A DNA stretch of 64,000 nucleotides from NCBI RefSeq assembly GCF_009914755.1, contig NC_060933.1; one strand, given 5' to 3'. The first letter of the stretch is position 1, and each line of letters opens with the position of its first letter. Positions 16,650 through 29,260 of the stretch are shown here, one piece after another. The position numbers and the translations under genes are program-made. Origin of the DNA: the human T2T-CHM13v2.0 reference genome, Homo sapiens. A model generated the notes under the pieces. The model ran no database searches. It saw nothing but the letters and a program-made list of their open reading frames with translations, and was not told the DNA's origin.

Positions 16650-17379
16650 TCCTTATTGGGTATGTCTTTTAACCTTGAAATTTTAGCATTTAGTGTCAAA
16701 ATAAAAAAATAAGTTACATGTATTCCATTAAAGTTTTGCATTGCATTTGAGGATAACTCTATGTGGTTAGTTTTCTAAAGTTTTGTTAATGTGTTAAGAG
16801 AATTTGATATTATGTAATTGACTAGCCTTGTGATTTCAATTTAAAATGTGTAAATAGTTTTAGAATTTATGATTTTTAAATGGAAATACATAAGGTGATT
16901 TGGCTACATGTATAGACAGAATTGGACTGTTAAAATAACTTGAGAGACACAATATTTATGTCTAATTGATTAGTTTTATTGGGATTAATAACCTGGGAAC
17001 ATTTTGTTTGTTAGTGAGGCTTTTGAAGTTAAAAAAAAAATCCAGCACATAAACTTGTAAAATGTAGTGTAAAATGTGTATAAAAGGGGATGTTTAATTA
17101 TCTTATTTTTTAAATGAGACCAAATGTTAATCAAATCCTCCCTTGAAGGCAGTTTAAAAAATACATTACTTGGTTTGTAAATAGATAATGAGATTAATAA
17201 GTTAAATTTAAGTGATTTAATAAGAGATTTATAAAATAAGTTAGATTTAAGGAATGTAAGACTTTACAATTTATTTAATTGAAAATTATTTTCCAAGTAG
17301 CCACAGATGGGATTTTTGTGTGTGTGTTTAAGGCCCATTCTCAAGAATACCAAAAACTTACTTTAGCAATTAGCAGATT

Positions 17380-17920
17380 CTTGTGATTTTTCTTTCTTTT
17401 TCAAAATTAAAATAGAATTTTTCCTAATTAAAAAAGGGACACATAATTCAGAGTACAAAAAGATGTAAGGAATGAAGTAAATTTCATACTCTCAGCACCC
17501 AGATTATGATTGTTAGCAGTTTTGTGTATCCTTCCCAATGACTAGCTGGCTGACTAATTTATCTCTCTGTGGTCTATTTACTGATGTTTGATTAACTACT
17601 AAATGGGACAATATTATACATGCTTTTTTCTAGCCTTCTTTTTTCTTTACTAGTTTCTTTTGGGCACTTTTGTCTTATAAATTTTAACTATAAGGATTGT
17701 ATTGTATCCCATTATAGGGATTTATATGAAGTATGTACCAATTGACAAGTTATTTCCAAATTTTTCTGTTATAAATATTAAGGTGAGGAACATACTTAAT
17801 TTTTTACATTTAGTTACTTGTGTGACTATTTCCAGATACCTTTCTAGAAGTGGAAACTCCTTAGTCCGAGTTGTAAGTTTTTGGACGTATTGTCAAATTA
17901 CCTTACGAAAGGATCCTAGG
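17380..17920 (-). mobile_element. Ancient L1ME-type 3' fragment
   Basis: Recalled motifs (ttatttccaaattttt...agatacctttctagaagtggaa...tattgtcaaatt). Confidence 0.45.
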
Positions 17921-20900
17921 CTTGCAAGATTCTGAGAAATAAACCTATTCTTTTGATGGCATCCAGGCATTTTCCGATCATTTAGACCTTTTCCTTCTTT
18001 TTAAATGAATGCGTAGCTGTAGTCTAGCTCTGATTTAGGCTTTTCCTCAGTGGTAAGAGTTTGGGGGCCTGGGTCAAAATCCTAATCATAACCCCCTCTA
18101 CCTTTGTAATTTTAAATGTTACTTAAATTTTCAAAATCAATGTTTTTTGCTTCGTAATATCATATCTAATCATAGTTGCCTTAAACCATTGTGTTTGAGC
18201 AGATAGCTTTGTGAGAGCAGAATAGTGCCTAACATGTAGGAAGACCTCTGTAGGTAATTGTTTTCTGTATTTTAAAATAGGAAGATGGAATTAAGTTAGT
18301 TCTTCCAAGTACCGTCACTCTTTTAATTGTATAAAAGATTGAGGCACAGTTTAAGCTTTCAGCTTTTGCTTGAGACTTCACTCTGACGTCTTTCTCTTTT
18401 TGGATGGTTAATAAAAAAGTTTTTCTCTTTTTTGATGGTTAATAAGAATTTTGAATAGAATGATGTAATCACCCTATTCACCACAGAATCTTCTTTCCTC
18501 TTTTTCATGATTTTCCAAATATTAAACCTTTTGTATATTTTCCAAACGTTAAAACTTTAAATGTTAAAATGTTAAAACATTAACATTAGATATCTAGGAA
18601 GACCATTTAAAATAATTAAATCAGTGTTTCTCTTCTAACACATAAAATTTAAATAGGCAGATTTAACCACAAGGAAAATAAAATCTTGAAAAATACTTTA
18701 TAGTTCTGAGTACTACAAAAAAGATACTTGAGCTAAGATATAAAGGTAAGACTTGACAGGCAGCATATAAGACAAGGAGGAAATTGGTTGACTGAAATGT
18801 AGAAACATTTTGCCGTATTGAGTTTAAGTGGATGCAATTTAGTAAAAATTTTTACTCTGAATGAGCAACTTTGCATATATTACATAATTATACACAGAAT
18901 TCCGCAATCTCTAAATATCACATGGGAAGCAAGCTTAGCAATCAGATACTCCAATCCTTTCATTTTATAAATGAGCAAAATAAGATTCATGGAGGTTCTG
19001 ATGTATATTTGATGATTTCTGTAAAGAGCAACATCTGGAGTTTTTGTTAGTATGAATTGTAGGCACAAACCTCCTCATTTCATGCAAGAGAAAATTGATA
19101 CCTGGAGAATCTGAAATGCGTTGGCTATGACAAGCCAGAATCCTGGCCCAGGACTCTTGTTCCAGTGTTCCTCTAACACTAATTAAGACACATGATGAAT
19201 GGTCAAGAAACAACAAATGGTTTTATTTATCAGCCTGAAATTCTTTGATATGTGAAGTAAAGTTCCAAATGAATTGAGGTTTATGTGGGAGCAACTGGCC
19301 AACAAATACCAATTCAGTTATTTGCACACAGATTTAATTGTCCTTGGATATTGCTTGGAGGCTCTGAGTTCATAAGTACAGAATGGTTTCCAAGGGGTAT
19401 GCTTTAAGGAATATTAGAATGCCAGTCCCGTATCCCTGGGTGTTTCTACTTAAGGTAAATTGATTGAGAAAACCCATGTTTCTTTAACAGCCTTTCTGCA
19501 ATGACCACCTACTCTCCTTAGGAATTCAGTTCTGGCCCTCTCTGATTATACATGTAAAGGCTGACCCATTCATTCAATTCAGTTGTCCACATGGCAGAAG
19601 TCCAGGACTTTTGAAGACATACCAGAAAGAAATAGTCCTGAGTATGTACCCAAGGAGAAAGTGGCAGACATGGTGGAAGAAAACTCAATGTGAACAATTA
19701 TCAGAAAGAAGAATGATCTGTAATCCTCTGTCATTTTGTAAAGAAGTGTCTTTTCCATTTTCTCTCACCTGCATTTCTCAAAGGTAAGACACATGCTCAA
19801 GTTAAGATTATATTGAATTTTAAAAAGGATAGGCAAGGGAATGCATTTAAAATTATGCTATATGTCCTTACAGAGGTTTGAGTTCTCAGGTGAGCCCTCA
19901 CTCTTTGCCTGTGCTAGCAAACCCTAACTGACAGTGTGGCATTGCAGCACAATAACTTATTTTAAACTCCAGGTGTGTATGCAGTACTAGTATTTGGCCT
20001 TAAAAATTTTATTACAGATGTCTGGAGTTGAGACTGTTGACTAGGTGCAAACATTACCTCATACTCCATTTGACACTAGCACAGTTGGGGGGAGATTATA
20101 AAGGTAAATAAAAAAGTGCTAAAATGTAAATGTGTGCTATTTCTTCAGCAAATTGGGTTTTCTTCTTATAGCCATTTTAGTGTTTTATGAGTCAGATAAT
20201 AGAAATCCTGAAATTAAGTACAGATTTACAGCTTGTTAGGGGAAGAGTTCCCACTAATCCCTTGCAGTTTTGATATCCATGGTCTCTTTCATGGACTTAG
20301 TGAGAATAACTTCTTTTATATCATGTCTCTCTGAGTTTTCGGAGAGTATCTGTAAGTTTTGATATCAGACAAGAGAGTTAGTGTTTTACATTTAGGAATC
20401 TAAAGTAATGGCAGTAGCAGATGCATCAGGGCAGTGAACACAACCTGGTATTACTATCGTAGTGTTCACATCTTGTTTCCTTGTCCTGATGGTATTTCCC
20501 CAGATGATAAGCACCACGTTGTAATTACTTTTGGAGGGCTAAGGAAGCAGGGGATAGAGAACAACAGATGTCATTTGATGATCAGCAACAAAAGGTTGCT
20601 ACAGAGAATTAAATGTCACAGCAATCTGACGTTATTGTTTTATTGCATTGGTTGAACACTACCACACATATCTGACCCATATGACTAAAGCAAAGAGAAT
20701 TTAAACGAAATATGGAAGAGGGAAGTGTTTAAAATATTTAGATCGTTTTGGACTTTTAGTCTTAGTGTGTTTGTAATAGTTTGTTAAGCAGTCTTTTTAA
20801 AAGGGCTGGGCAGGGAGACCCTATCTTGACTAATGAAACCACGTAAAATGTGCCCAAGAAGCACTTGGTAATGAAATAATTGATTAACCATCACATTCTT

Positions 20901-22077
20901 TTAGAACTCTGCAAGCAGTGTGCTCTCAAATGCCTTGTTTTTTTGCTTTGGAGCCATTGGAAACTTTTCTTATCTTTCCTTCAAACCTTGGAAGACTCAA
21001 GTTCCCTAAATGTGTTGCTTGACTGAGTTAAATGCAGACTCAGTCAGCAGTTGAGACCAGTGGCTCTTGAAAGAGTTTGTATTTACCCTTTAATCTCTCT
21101 GTGATAACCCAGGATATATGCATGCTTGTCTTTGCTGAGACCCCATCCCAGAATCCTGGCTTATTTTTAAATCTTTTTTTGAATTACATGGGCTATGACA
21201 AACGTGTTTTGGTTCATTAAAGTAGTAATTGCAAAAGTACACTCTTAATTTAGTTCTGTGATTTTTGAATTTGTGTTGCCTGGTGTTGATTGCTGGTTCC
21301 ACTATTCTGACATTTATGGCTGTGTTTCATCTTGGAAACCATGTGTGGTTGTAACTGGGAGTTGGCAGGTGCAAGAAAAGAGTAAGTGACGCTTTATTGG
21401 CATTGTTTTATTCCTCAAGATTCCTTTCAGAAGGTGAAATAAGAAATATTGACTAAATTGGAAAGAATGGAATGTTCAAGCCTGTTAGAGGTATGACCTG
21501 ATTATGAGTTCACATGTTACTCTCTATTGACCTTATTGCTGTAGTGACAAATTTAACATTGGGTTTCAAATACCTACCTCAATAACAATTCTTTTCCACA
21601 ATGAATAGCAACCAGTTAATACAGAATTAGAGAGCAGATGGCCCCTCAGTGAATATATTGTAAGTTTCCCCAGGGATTATTACACTGATGTGAAAATCAC
21701 AAGAGTATTCATACCAGGCCCATGTGTTATTAGTTATATAATTATTTTATATAAAATCCCCTTATTGTTCTTTTTTCTTTTCTTTTTTTTTTTTAAGAAA
21801 TTTATTGGAAGAGATGGCCAAGAGTACCATCATTTTAAAGTAAAATATCTGACTTCACCTGCCAAAGGGAGCCAATTTGATAGTAAGGTCTGTTAATGAT
21901 TTAACTTCTCCTCTGCTGATGTCAGCATGAATGTGTTACTGCTTTCAATTATCAGTGAACTCTTTTCCTTTTTCAGAGGAAGACAATATACATAGTGAAC
22001 GTGTTAGAATAATTTTGGTTTTTATTGTAAATAACTTTATGTGAAAATTGGTAACAAGGTTTCATCTTGATCTGGTT

Positions 22078-22283
22078 TAGTGTTTCTCAACTTGTTTTTT
22101 CATTATTGCCCCCTAAGGAGCTTATTTTTAGGCATTTTTTCCCCCAATTGCTCTCCCTTTCCCATGCATGACATTAAATACTAAGAACAAAATGATTTTT
22201 GTCAGGTAGGGTTTTCACATACTTCCAAGAACCAATTTTCACCCTCTTGGAAAGTGATTATACCCTCCCACTGAAAATGCATG
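22078..22283. mobile_element. Probable hAT-Charlie non-autonomous DNA transposon remnant
   Basis: tagtgtttctcaac start and ctgaaaatgcatg end resemble Charlie-type TIRs; family not certain. Confidence 0.35.
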
Positions 22284-22329
22284 GTTTTCTTAAAATAAGC
22301 TTATATAGAGGAAACTACTTTAATTTTAA

Positions 22330-23030
22330 ATTTTCTTTATTTAAAAAACAAATTATGTTTATTACAGAAAAATCAGAGAATGTAAATAGGACATGAAACC
22401 CACCTCTAAGCTCATCTACCGAGACAGTCCTTGATAACTCCTTTAGGCACTTACAAATTCTCATCTTCTTATGTTTGTGTGTTCAGAATTTTAAATAAGC
22501 AGATTGTACTATATGTAATGTTTTGTAACTTTATTTATTTAATATTTTCGGTGAGCTTTCTTTTTTCAGGCTCACAATAGAATTATACAAAATCATTTAT
22601 ACTGACTGTTTTACTGCTTTATCATAATTTAATTAATCAATATCCTATTATTTAACATTTAGAGTGTTTTAAAAAATCACTGCATTGATAAAAAAATCAA
22701 TTAGAAAGTCACTGCACTTTCCTTTTAGGCAAAGGTTTTTGCAAGTTAATTACTTTAAATGAATTTATTTCAAAAGCAGAATTAAAAGTGATGCACACTT
22801 TAAAGCCTTTTTTGAAATAATTTTGCATTAGTGGACATTTCTACCACTATTAATTGAGAATACTCCCTTTGCCTGGAACTTAACCAACAAGAGTATTATC
22901 ACTTTTTAAAATATTTGCCACTTTCGTAGGCAAAATATTTACTTGTTTTAATGGGTATTTGTTTATTTCTAGAAATGGTAGTCATTTTTTCATATGTTTG
23001 TTGGACATTGACATTTTAAGCCTTTTCAAA
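22330..23030 (-). mobile_element. Ancient L1ME-type 3' fragment
   Basis: Recalled motifs (taatcaatatcctatt...catttagagtgttt; tttttcatatgtttgttggacatt). Confidence 0.45.
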
Positions 23031-25727
23031 CTTAAAAATAGCATCTGATTTTTTTTTTTAGCATGCAAAGAAAGGTCTTCTAAGTCTTCAAGTATTCTAA
23101 GGGGCAAATGGTTTTGATACAAGGTCATTGTAAACATCTTTTTTTTTTTTTTTCCCAAACGTATTCTGCTTAGGTAGTAAAAATCTTCTTGATGTAAGAA
23201 CAAGAAGTTCCTGAAGGTAAGTTCATGTTAGGGCAAAACAAACATTGAAGACATAGACTTGTTAAATGAAAAGCAGGATTATTTAAATAAAACCTTTGTG
23301 GTAGGAGAAAATTGGGGTGGGGGGCACACAAGAATGACCTTTAAATTTAGGGTTTATTAAAATAAGTAATATTTCTCAAAAGGGAAGCCATCTTGTAGGT
23401 TTCTCACATGGCACAGAGATGTTATCTTCCGTCATATGTCTATAAGCTTTCCTTTTATGTAGCAAGCTCGACCTTTGGAAAAGTTAGAGAAATAGCTCTT
23501 CTGTTTGGGATATTTTGTAGATGACCATTTATGTACTTTATTTAGTCCACATCCTTAATCACTGAAGGTTTACATACTTAATCATTGAGATGTTTGGACT
23601 CCTTTCATTTTGTTTTTGGTTAATTAAGTCAGTTTGTTGCCACAAAATAGTAACTAACTTATGCTAAGACTCTCAGTGGCCATGAACTATTACTCCACAA
23701 TAGGAATCTTTAGGTCTGAGATTTTTTTTCACCTTTTCTTAACAGTAGATTTATGTATCGAAATATAAGTCATTGCACTTATTGACCTTATTTATTGGCC
23801 TCACCTTGAGTTGAGCTCATTATACTTAATTTCCTGGTTGTCACGTTTAATTATTAAGACCTGTTTTTAACAACAGTAAAAAGAACTCAGAAAGCCAGAT
23901 GAGTTTTTAAATGAACTCTCTAGAAGTGGTCATAACCATTGCTTTTTTTCTAAGCTGAGCCACGTTACTAGATAATATTGTTTTGCTTTTGAAATTACAT
24001 GTTACCCAGTGACTGATGATTGAATCATTCCTGTCCAAACTGTGTGACCTCAGTTCTTTACTCTTTGACATATGAGACAAAACCTTAATTTCCTTACCAA
24101 CTTTACCTAGTAGGAAACTTGTAGGTAGAAAGATGCATGCCCTTTATCTGTGGTTGGAATTCTTTTATCGAATCTCAGTAACAAAGTAGATAATACAATA
24201 AAATAAAGGAAACATTAACTTTGACAGAAAATTCCAAACACGTAGCTTCATGAAACTTTTTTTCAAGACTTAGTTCTAGAATTTAACAAATAATTGAGGC
24301 AGAGGATGTATGGAATTCCTATGTAGATATCCTTACTTATCCCAAACGCTGTACTGGGAATTAGTTGAATATGTCTTAATCACACAACAATATTTTGACC
24401 TCTACTTAAAATATGAGGAAATTGAATTCCAGAGAAGGATCAGTGTCTTCCCAGCTCTATCTGTATACTATATGGCTGCTCTGGAAGCAGTGTACGTGTT
24501 ATTCCAAACCTTTGTCCTATCTATGACCATCTATTTAAACATGTGGAAAAAGAACATTTTTATCAAAGCAGAGATAAATGTTACATGATTATATGTAGAC
24601 AGGTGGGTCTGAAAAGTACCTGGTAAAAAGGTTCTAATCCTCTGATTCAGGGACTAAGGAGAAACCTCCTGAGAAACTCAGGAGCCAGTTGATGCTACTG
24701 AGATCCCAGCGCCACAGATATTCACCTTTGCTCAGACTCGGAAAAGGCTTTGTCTTCTAAGGGGTGAATGGTTTTGGTATAGTTCAAGTCTTTCAGATTC
24801 CTTCTCTGGATGGCCCCTGTTTGAATAACTCCAATGTCCTACTGCATTGCCTAAGGACCCTTTGTATAACAATGTGAACCTGGGCTGTATTGGAAGTAAA
24901 GAAAACGTGACTTGCATGAAGTCCCTCTCCCATGCCAGGTGCATTGATAGTCAGACCTGCCTCAGATTTCACGGTTAGACTGTACACGTGCATCCTTAAC
25001 TTTCATGTAACTTCCTCGATTATGCTAGAAGTAGTCTAAGGAATGATTCAGCCAACTCATGAGGATTTCTCATTTTCCCTCGGGGGTGCTTCCTTGGGAA
25101 CATGAGACAGGGCCCTGCCCCCGTGGTACCCTGCGACACTGCCTTGCCCCTCTCTCTCATTGCTCCCCATTGGGATGGAGATCTCCTAATCACCAGGGGC
25201 TTGGTGCTACCTCTTTCATACCTAGAGAGGCCCAGACATTGATTGCCCTTCCCTGCTCAGGTGCCATCCCACCTACCTGATGTTTATTTTGCCCCTTCTG
25301 TGGGTGTGACGCTCCACTTTCTCACGGGCCATATAGAGTATGGGTATAGAGAGAGCAGAGAAAGAGACCCTTTTCCCACACCCCTGTCCAGGTTATCCTT
25401 TCCTGGTTATATTCCAGGTTCATGTGGAGAGGTTGGGGGTAGGGCAGAGGTCAAGCTAGGGTAGACACCTCTTGCTGGGTGTCAGAATCCTGTGCAAGTT
25501 TATCTGCAGCTGGTGCATTACCTGCAATTCTCATTTGTTTTAGAAGTGGGTACCTCCTAGTACTTTGTTGCTTGTAAAATATATTCAATGCCATTCACAT
25601 TGGTTAACTTTAGCTATCTCTTTTTTAAAATAATTTTTAAAATTTCGCCAGTGATGGTTTTGAAGGTTTTGCCAACTTTGTTTCTTTTCAGATGAATGCT
25701 TGTACTTGGTCCCTTTAGTATCTGGGA

Positions 25728-25968
25728 AGCTGGATGCAGTGATCCCAGCTACTCAGGAGACTGAGGTCGGGGGATCACTTGAGTCATCTGAGGCTAGGAG
25801 TTCAAGACCATCCCGGGAAAAGTAGTGAGAGCCTCCCCCTGCCATCTCAAAAAATAAAAGATTAGCCCTGTGTGGCAGCATGGGCCTGTAGTGGCCATGA
25901 TCACACCACTGCACTGCAGCCTGGGTGAACGGGCAAGACCCTAACTCTAAAAAACAGTACAAAACAAA
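25728..25968 (+). mobile_element. Old, internally deleted Alu (AluJ/FLAM-like)
   Basis: tcccagctactcagg...ggagttcaagacca, A-rich linker, right arm shortened to cctgtagt|ggccatgatcacaccactgcac. Confidence 0.75.
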
Positions 25969-27308
25969 TGAATATTTTGGAAGTAGGTGCTATTACCCTA
26001 TAACTTACGAGAAGAAAACTGAGAGGTCATACAACTAGAGAGTAAGGCAAGATTCAAACCCAGGTTTCTGTAATCCCCTAACTTATTTTTGTTACATTAC
26101 TCATGCTGCTATTCCAGCATTACACATAACCCTTTACTGAATTCGAAAATCAAACTGAATGGAAAATTGCAAATGTGAAGAGAGGGGTATTAATCTATGT
26201 AAATTTATATTTGATACTAAGTTTACTAAAGTGAATAGCCAATTTATGGGTTATAAATAAGAGAATCTATCCCAATGCTGTGTTCAAAAATGACAGAGAC
26301 AAATAATACATTCTTGCTAGTATGGGATTTACCTCTCTAGAGGTTTACAAAGCAGCTCCTTATGGAAAGGAAGAAAGATCATAAAAATGCTAGTAGGTTA
26401 TCTCGTTGGGTGGAGTTGTAAGAATTATGAAATCATGCAGAAGGGTGTAGCACACATCTGGCCTTTTATGAAGTTAGGGGAAAGTGTGACATTCATTCCT
26501 GTTTAACATGTTAAATTACATATTTGATCATGAATGTTTTTCTTCCTTACTTGAAACATTTTTCTCTACATATGTTTTCTGAGAATAAATGGATACCTCT
26601 GCTATACTGGTGAAAGTCATGGCTGAAGTTCATGCCTTTCAGTTTGTCTACAAGGAATATAATAAGAGCCTGTCGTAGTTTACAGTTCTATTCAAATAGA
26701 AATTCTTTGGCTATTGGAAATGTGTTTACATTCATGTCTATTGCTCATAAATTTTCGTTTTTGGGAAGCCTGTTCCAATCTAATGAGAAGTGACAGGATT
26801 CTCTCATTGTCAGCCATCTCAACTTGGTCACCCTTAGTCTTTCTTTTAGTTAACATTCCTTGCAGAAATTACACAGTTGTTATTAATGAGGCTAAGTTGG
26901 GGAGATCCTTCACATTTTTCTAATACAGAGTATCATTTGGATGTTGACTTTTGTTAAAGAAATTGGCTATTACATTCTGCAAATTTTTGTTTGTTTTCTT
27001 TGGCATTTACAAATTTCCTTTTGTCCCTAGCTTCATGATTAAAACTATACATCCATCTCTTGTGGGATTTGGATTTGTCTCTGTTGAAGAATGGTTAAAA
27101 ATCTAACATATCCCTTAAAAATGAGTCTCCATGTTAGTGGGAGATGGTTTTCTTTATCTTTGTCTATGTTTTGAGAGACCAGAGAGGTCTCTGGAAACTA
27201 CCTTATGTTTGGTGAGTTTTTTTAATTCGATTTTTTTTGCCCCTCAGTAATACAGATTGTGCTTCCCCTCATTACAGATTATTGCTCCACCTCGGCAGAC
27301 AGAATCTC

Positions 27309-27310
<2 letters not shown>

Positions 27311-27341
<31 letters not shown>
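27311..27341. repeat. (TG)15 microsatellite
   Basis: Directly visible. Confidence 0.95.
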
Positions 27342-27343
<2 letters not shown>

Positions 27344-29019
27344 CTATATAGTCCACAGGGGTGATCCTCAAGATGTTTAACCACTTGTGCATCAAAGGCC
27401 CTGACTAATCTGAACAGTCATTCTGGCCAATGACAAGTGACATTGGCTGTAAATGGCTGGATGACTCTGTCCATGCACAAGGGTTGAGCTGTCGCTGGTT
27501 GGAGATATTTGTGGAGTATCTGTCTCAAATAACTTTTCTATCTTTTTTTCTTTTTACTAACTGTGCAATCAGTGTCATAGATTGTAGAAAATGCTGACAA
27601 GAGAGACCATAGCAATAGTCATTTAAAGACACACTGATGAAAGAATTATAAAATAGCTCCTAAGACATTTTCATTGGGAATTGTAATAATTAAATGCTTC
27701 AGTGCCATTCAAAAATGCTTTTATTAGATATTCGGTATATTCAGTTCCACTTTTGTGTTGTACTTTTTGGTCATTCTTTTTTCTGTGAACATAACAGAAT
27801 TCACAAATATTAATTTCTAGCACTTGTATTTAATGTGAGAGTTAACTACCTTGTATTTAAGATAAAGTTAACAAAGCAGAAAGATTAAATCTGAATGCTG
27901 TCAGGTCAGTGGTAAATTTAGGATCAAGGTTCAGAATAAGACAGTTCATTTACAATCCTGATTTTCCATGTTCCTCTGAAGTCCAGGCACAGGCTCTTTT
28001 CTAGGTAGACAGGAATGTTTATTTAAACATTTTGAAGTGATTTATTAAAGTGGACGCATCAGTATTTTCTGTATGCATGTGAAATCCTTGAGAGATTACA
28101 CAATTAAAAAGGAAATAGATGAGACCTCGCCCTTTACAGGACCCAAATTCCCTTTAGCTGAAAGCAGGCTTGGAGAAAGAGATTAACAATTTTTAAAGAG
28201 GAATGCAATCTGTTTATGTTTATTTCATTTTCTCCACAAGAGATTCTTTCTCACAGTCAGAACGTGTGGCTTAGCACTACCTAGGGAGCTTGTTTGCCTC
28301 CATTTTCTTGTTTACTTAACAGAGAATGGGAGGCAGAAGTTAAAGCCCAGCAATGTCTTTTAGCTACACTTTGTATTAGTACTTCCATCTTCCTCTTCTT
28401 AACTAGGCTACAGGGACCAGATTGTTATGGATCCTTTCTTCCTGAAGGGCAGAGAAAGAGGAGGTGAGAAACACTGTGACCTCACTGTTCCCTGTTAGGT
28501 CCAATCAAGGCGTGGGGAATCATATTTCTCATGGGGATTAGGGAGGTATTCTTTGAAGGTAGGACTGCTTTTACCAGATAGATGCTACTAAGAAAAATGC
28601 TGCATTATTTTTTGCTGGCAAAAGAAGGGCAACTAGTGAAATGCAAGGCAAGTAGCTTGAAGTAAAGTTATAATGAACTGAAAGACTTAGTAAGGAGGAA
28701 ATTGCATTTTTTGGCAAAAGGAAATTAGGTGCTCCCTTTTATTTTGGGTTAATTGGGAATAGTTTGGTCTGAACTAGAGAGAAAAGTGGAGTAACATTTT
28801 AATTTACTTCAGCTTTATTATTTTAAAAGTCACAGTAATTTGTTTTAATTCTGACTTCTTTATTCTGTGAATTCCTTGCCAAATTGTTTTTTAACAGAAG
28901 GCATTCAAGAGGAAGCCCTGACAAGATTGCTTAAATTAATAGAGAAGATACATTTATAATTAGTATTTATATTATAGGAGTTAGAGTGCTAAAAACAGAC
29001 GTACTGTATTATTTATGGC

Positions 29020-29260
29020 ATACTGGATAAAAATGCTGGTGCTGGAAATAGAGGATCCAGGTTCAAATCCTGGCTCTGCTACCTCCTGGACTTTGAGCAC
29101 TGACACTTATTCTTTCTCTGCCTCAATTTCCTCATCTCTAAAATGACACAGTCCGTATAGCTAGGCCATACAGCTGTTGTGATGAGGACTAACGTAATCT
29201 AAGCTCCTTAGAATCGTGTCTAGCTCAAAGCAAGTGCTTTATAAATGTGGGTTGTTATTA
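29020..29260 (+). mobile_element. MIR SINE
   Basis: ggttcaaatcctggctctgc...ctctgcctcaatttcctcatct core and MIR 3' tail. Confidence 0.75.

Noticed and set aside
21960-22050. Strong acceptor tcttttcctttttcag
   Set aside because: The frames I translated stop within ~22 codons and the donor is weak; no supporting evidence.
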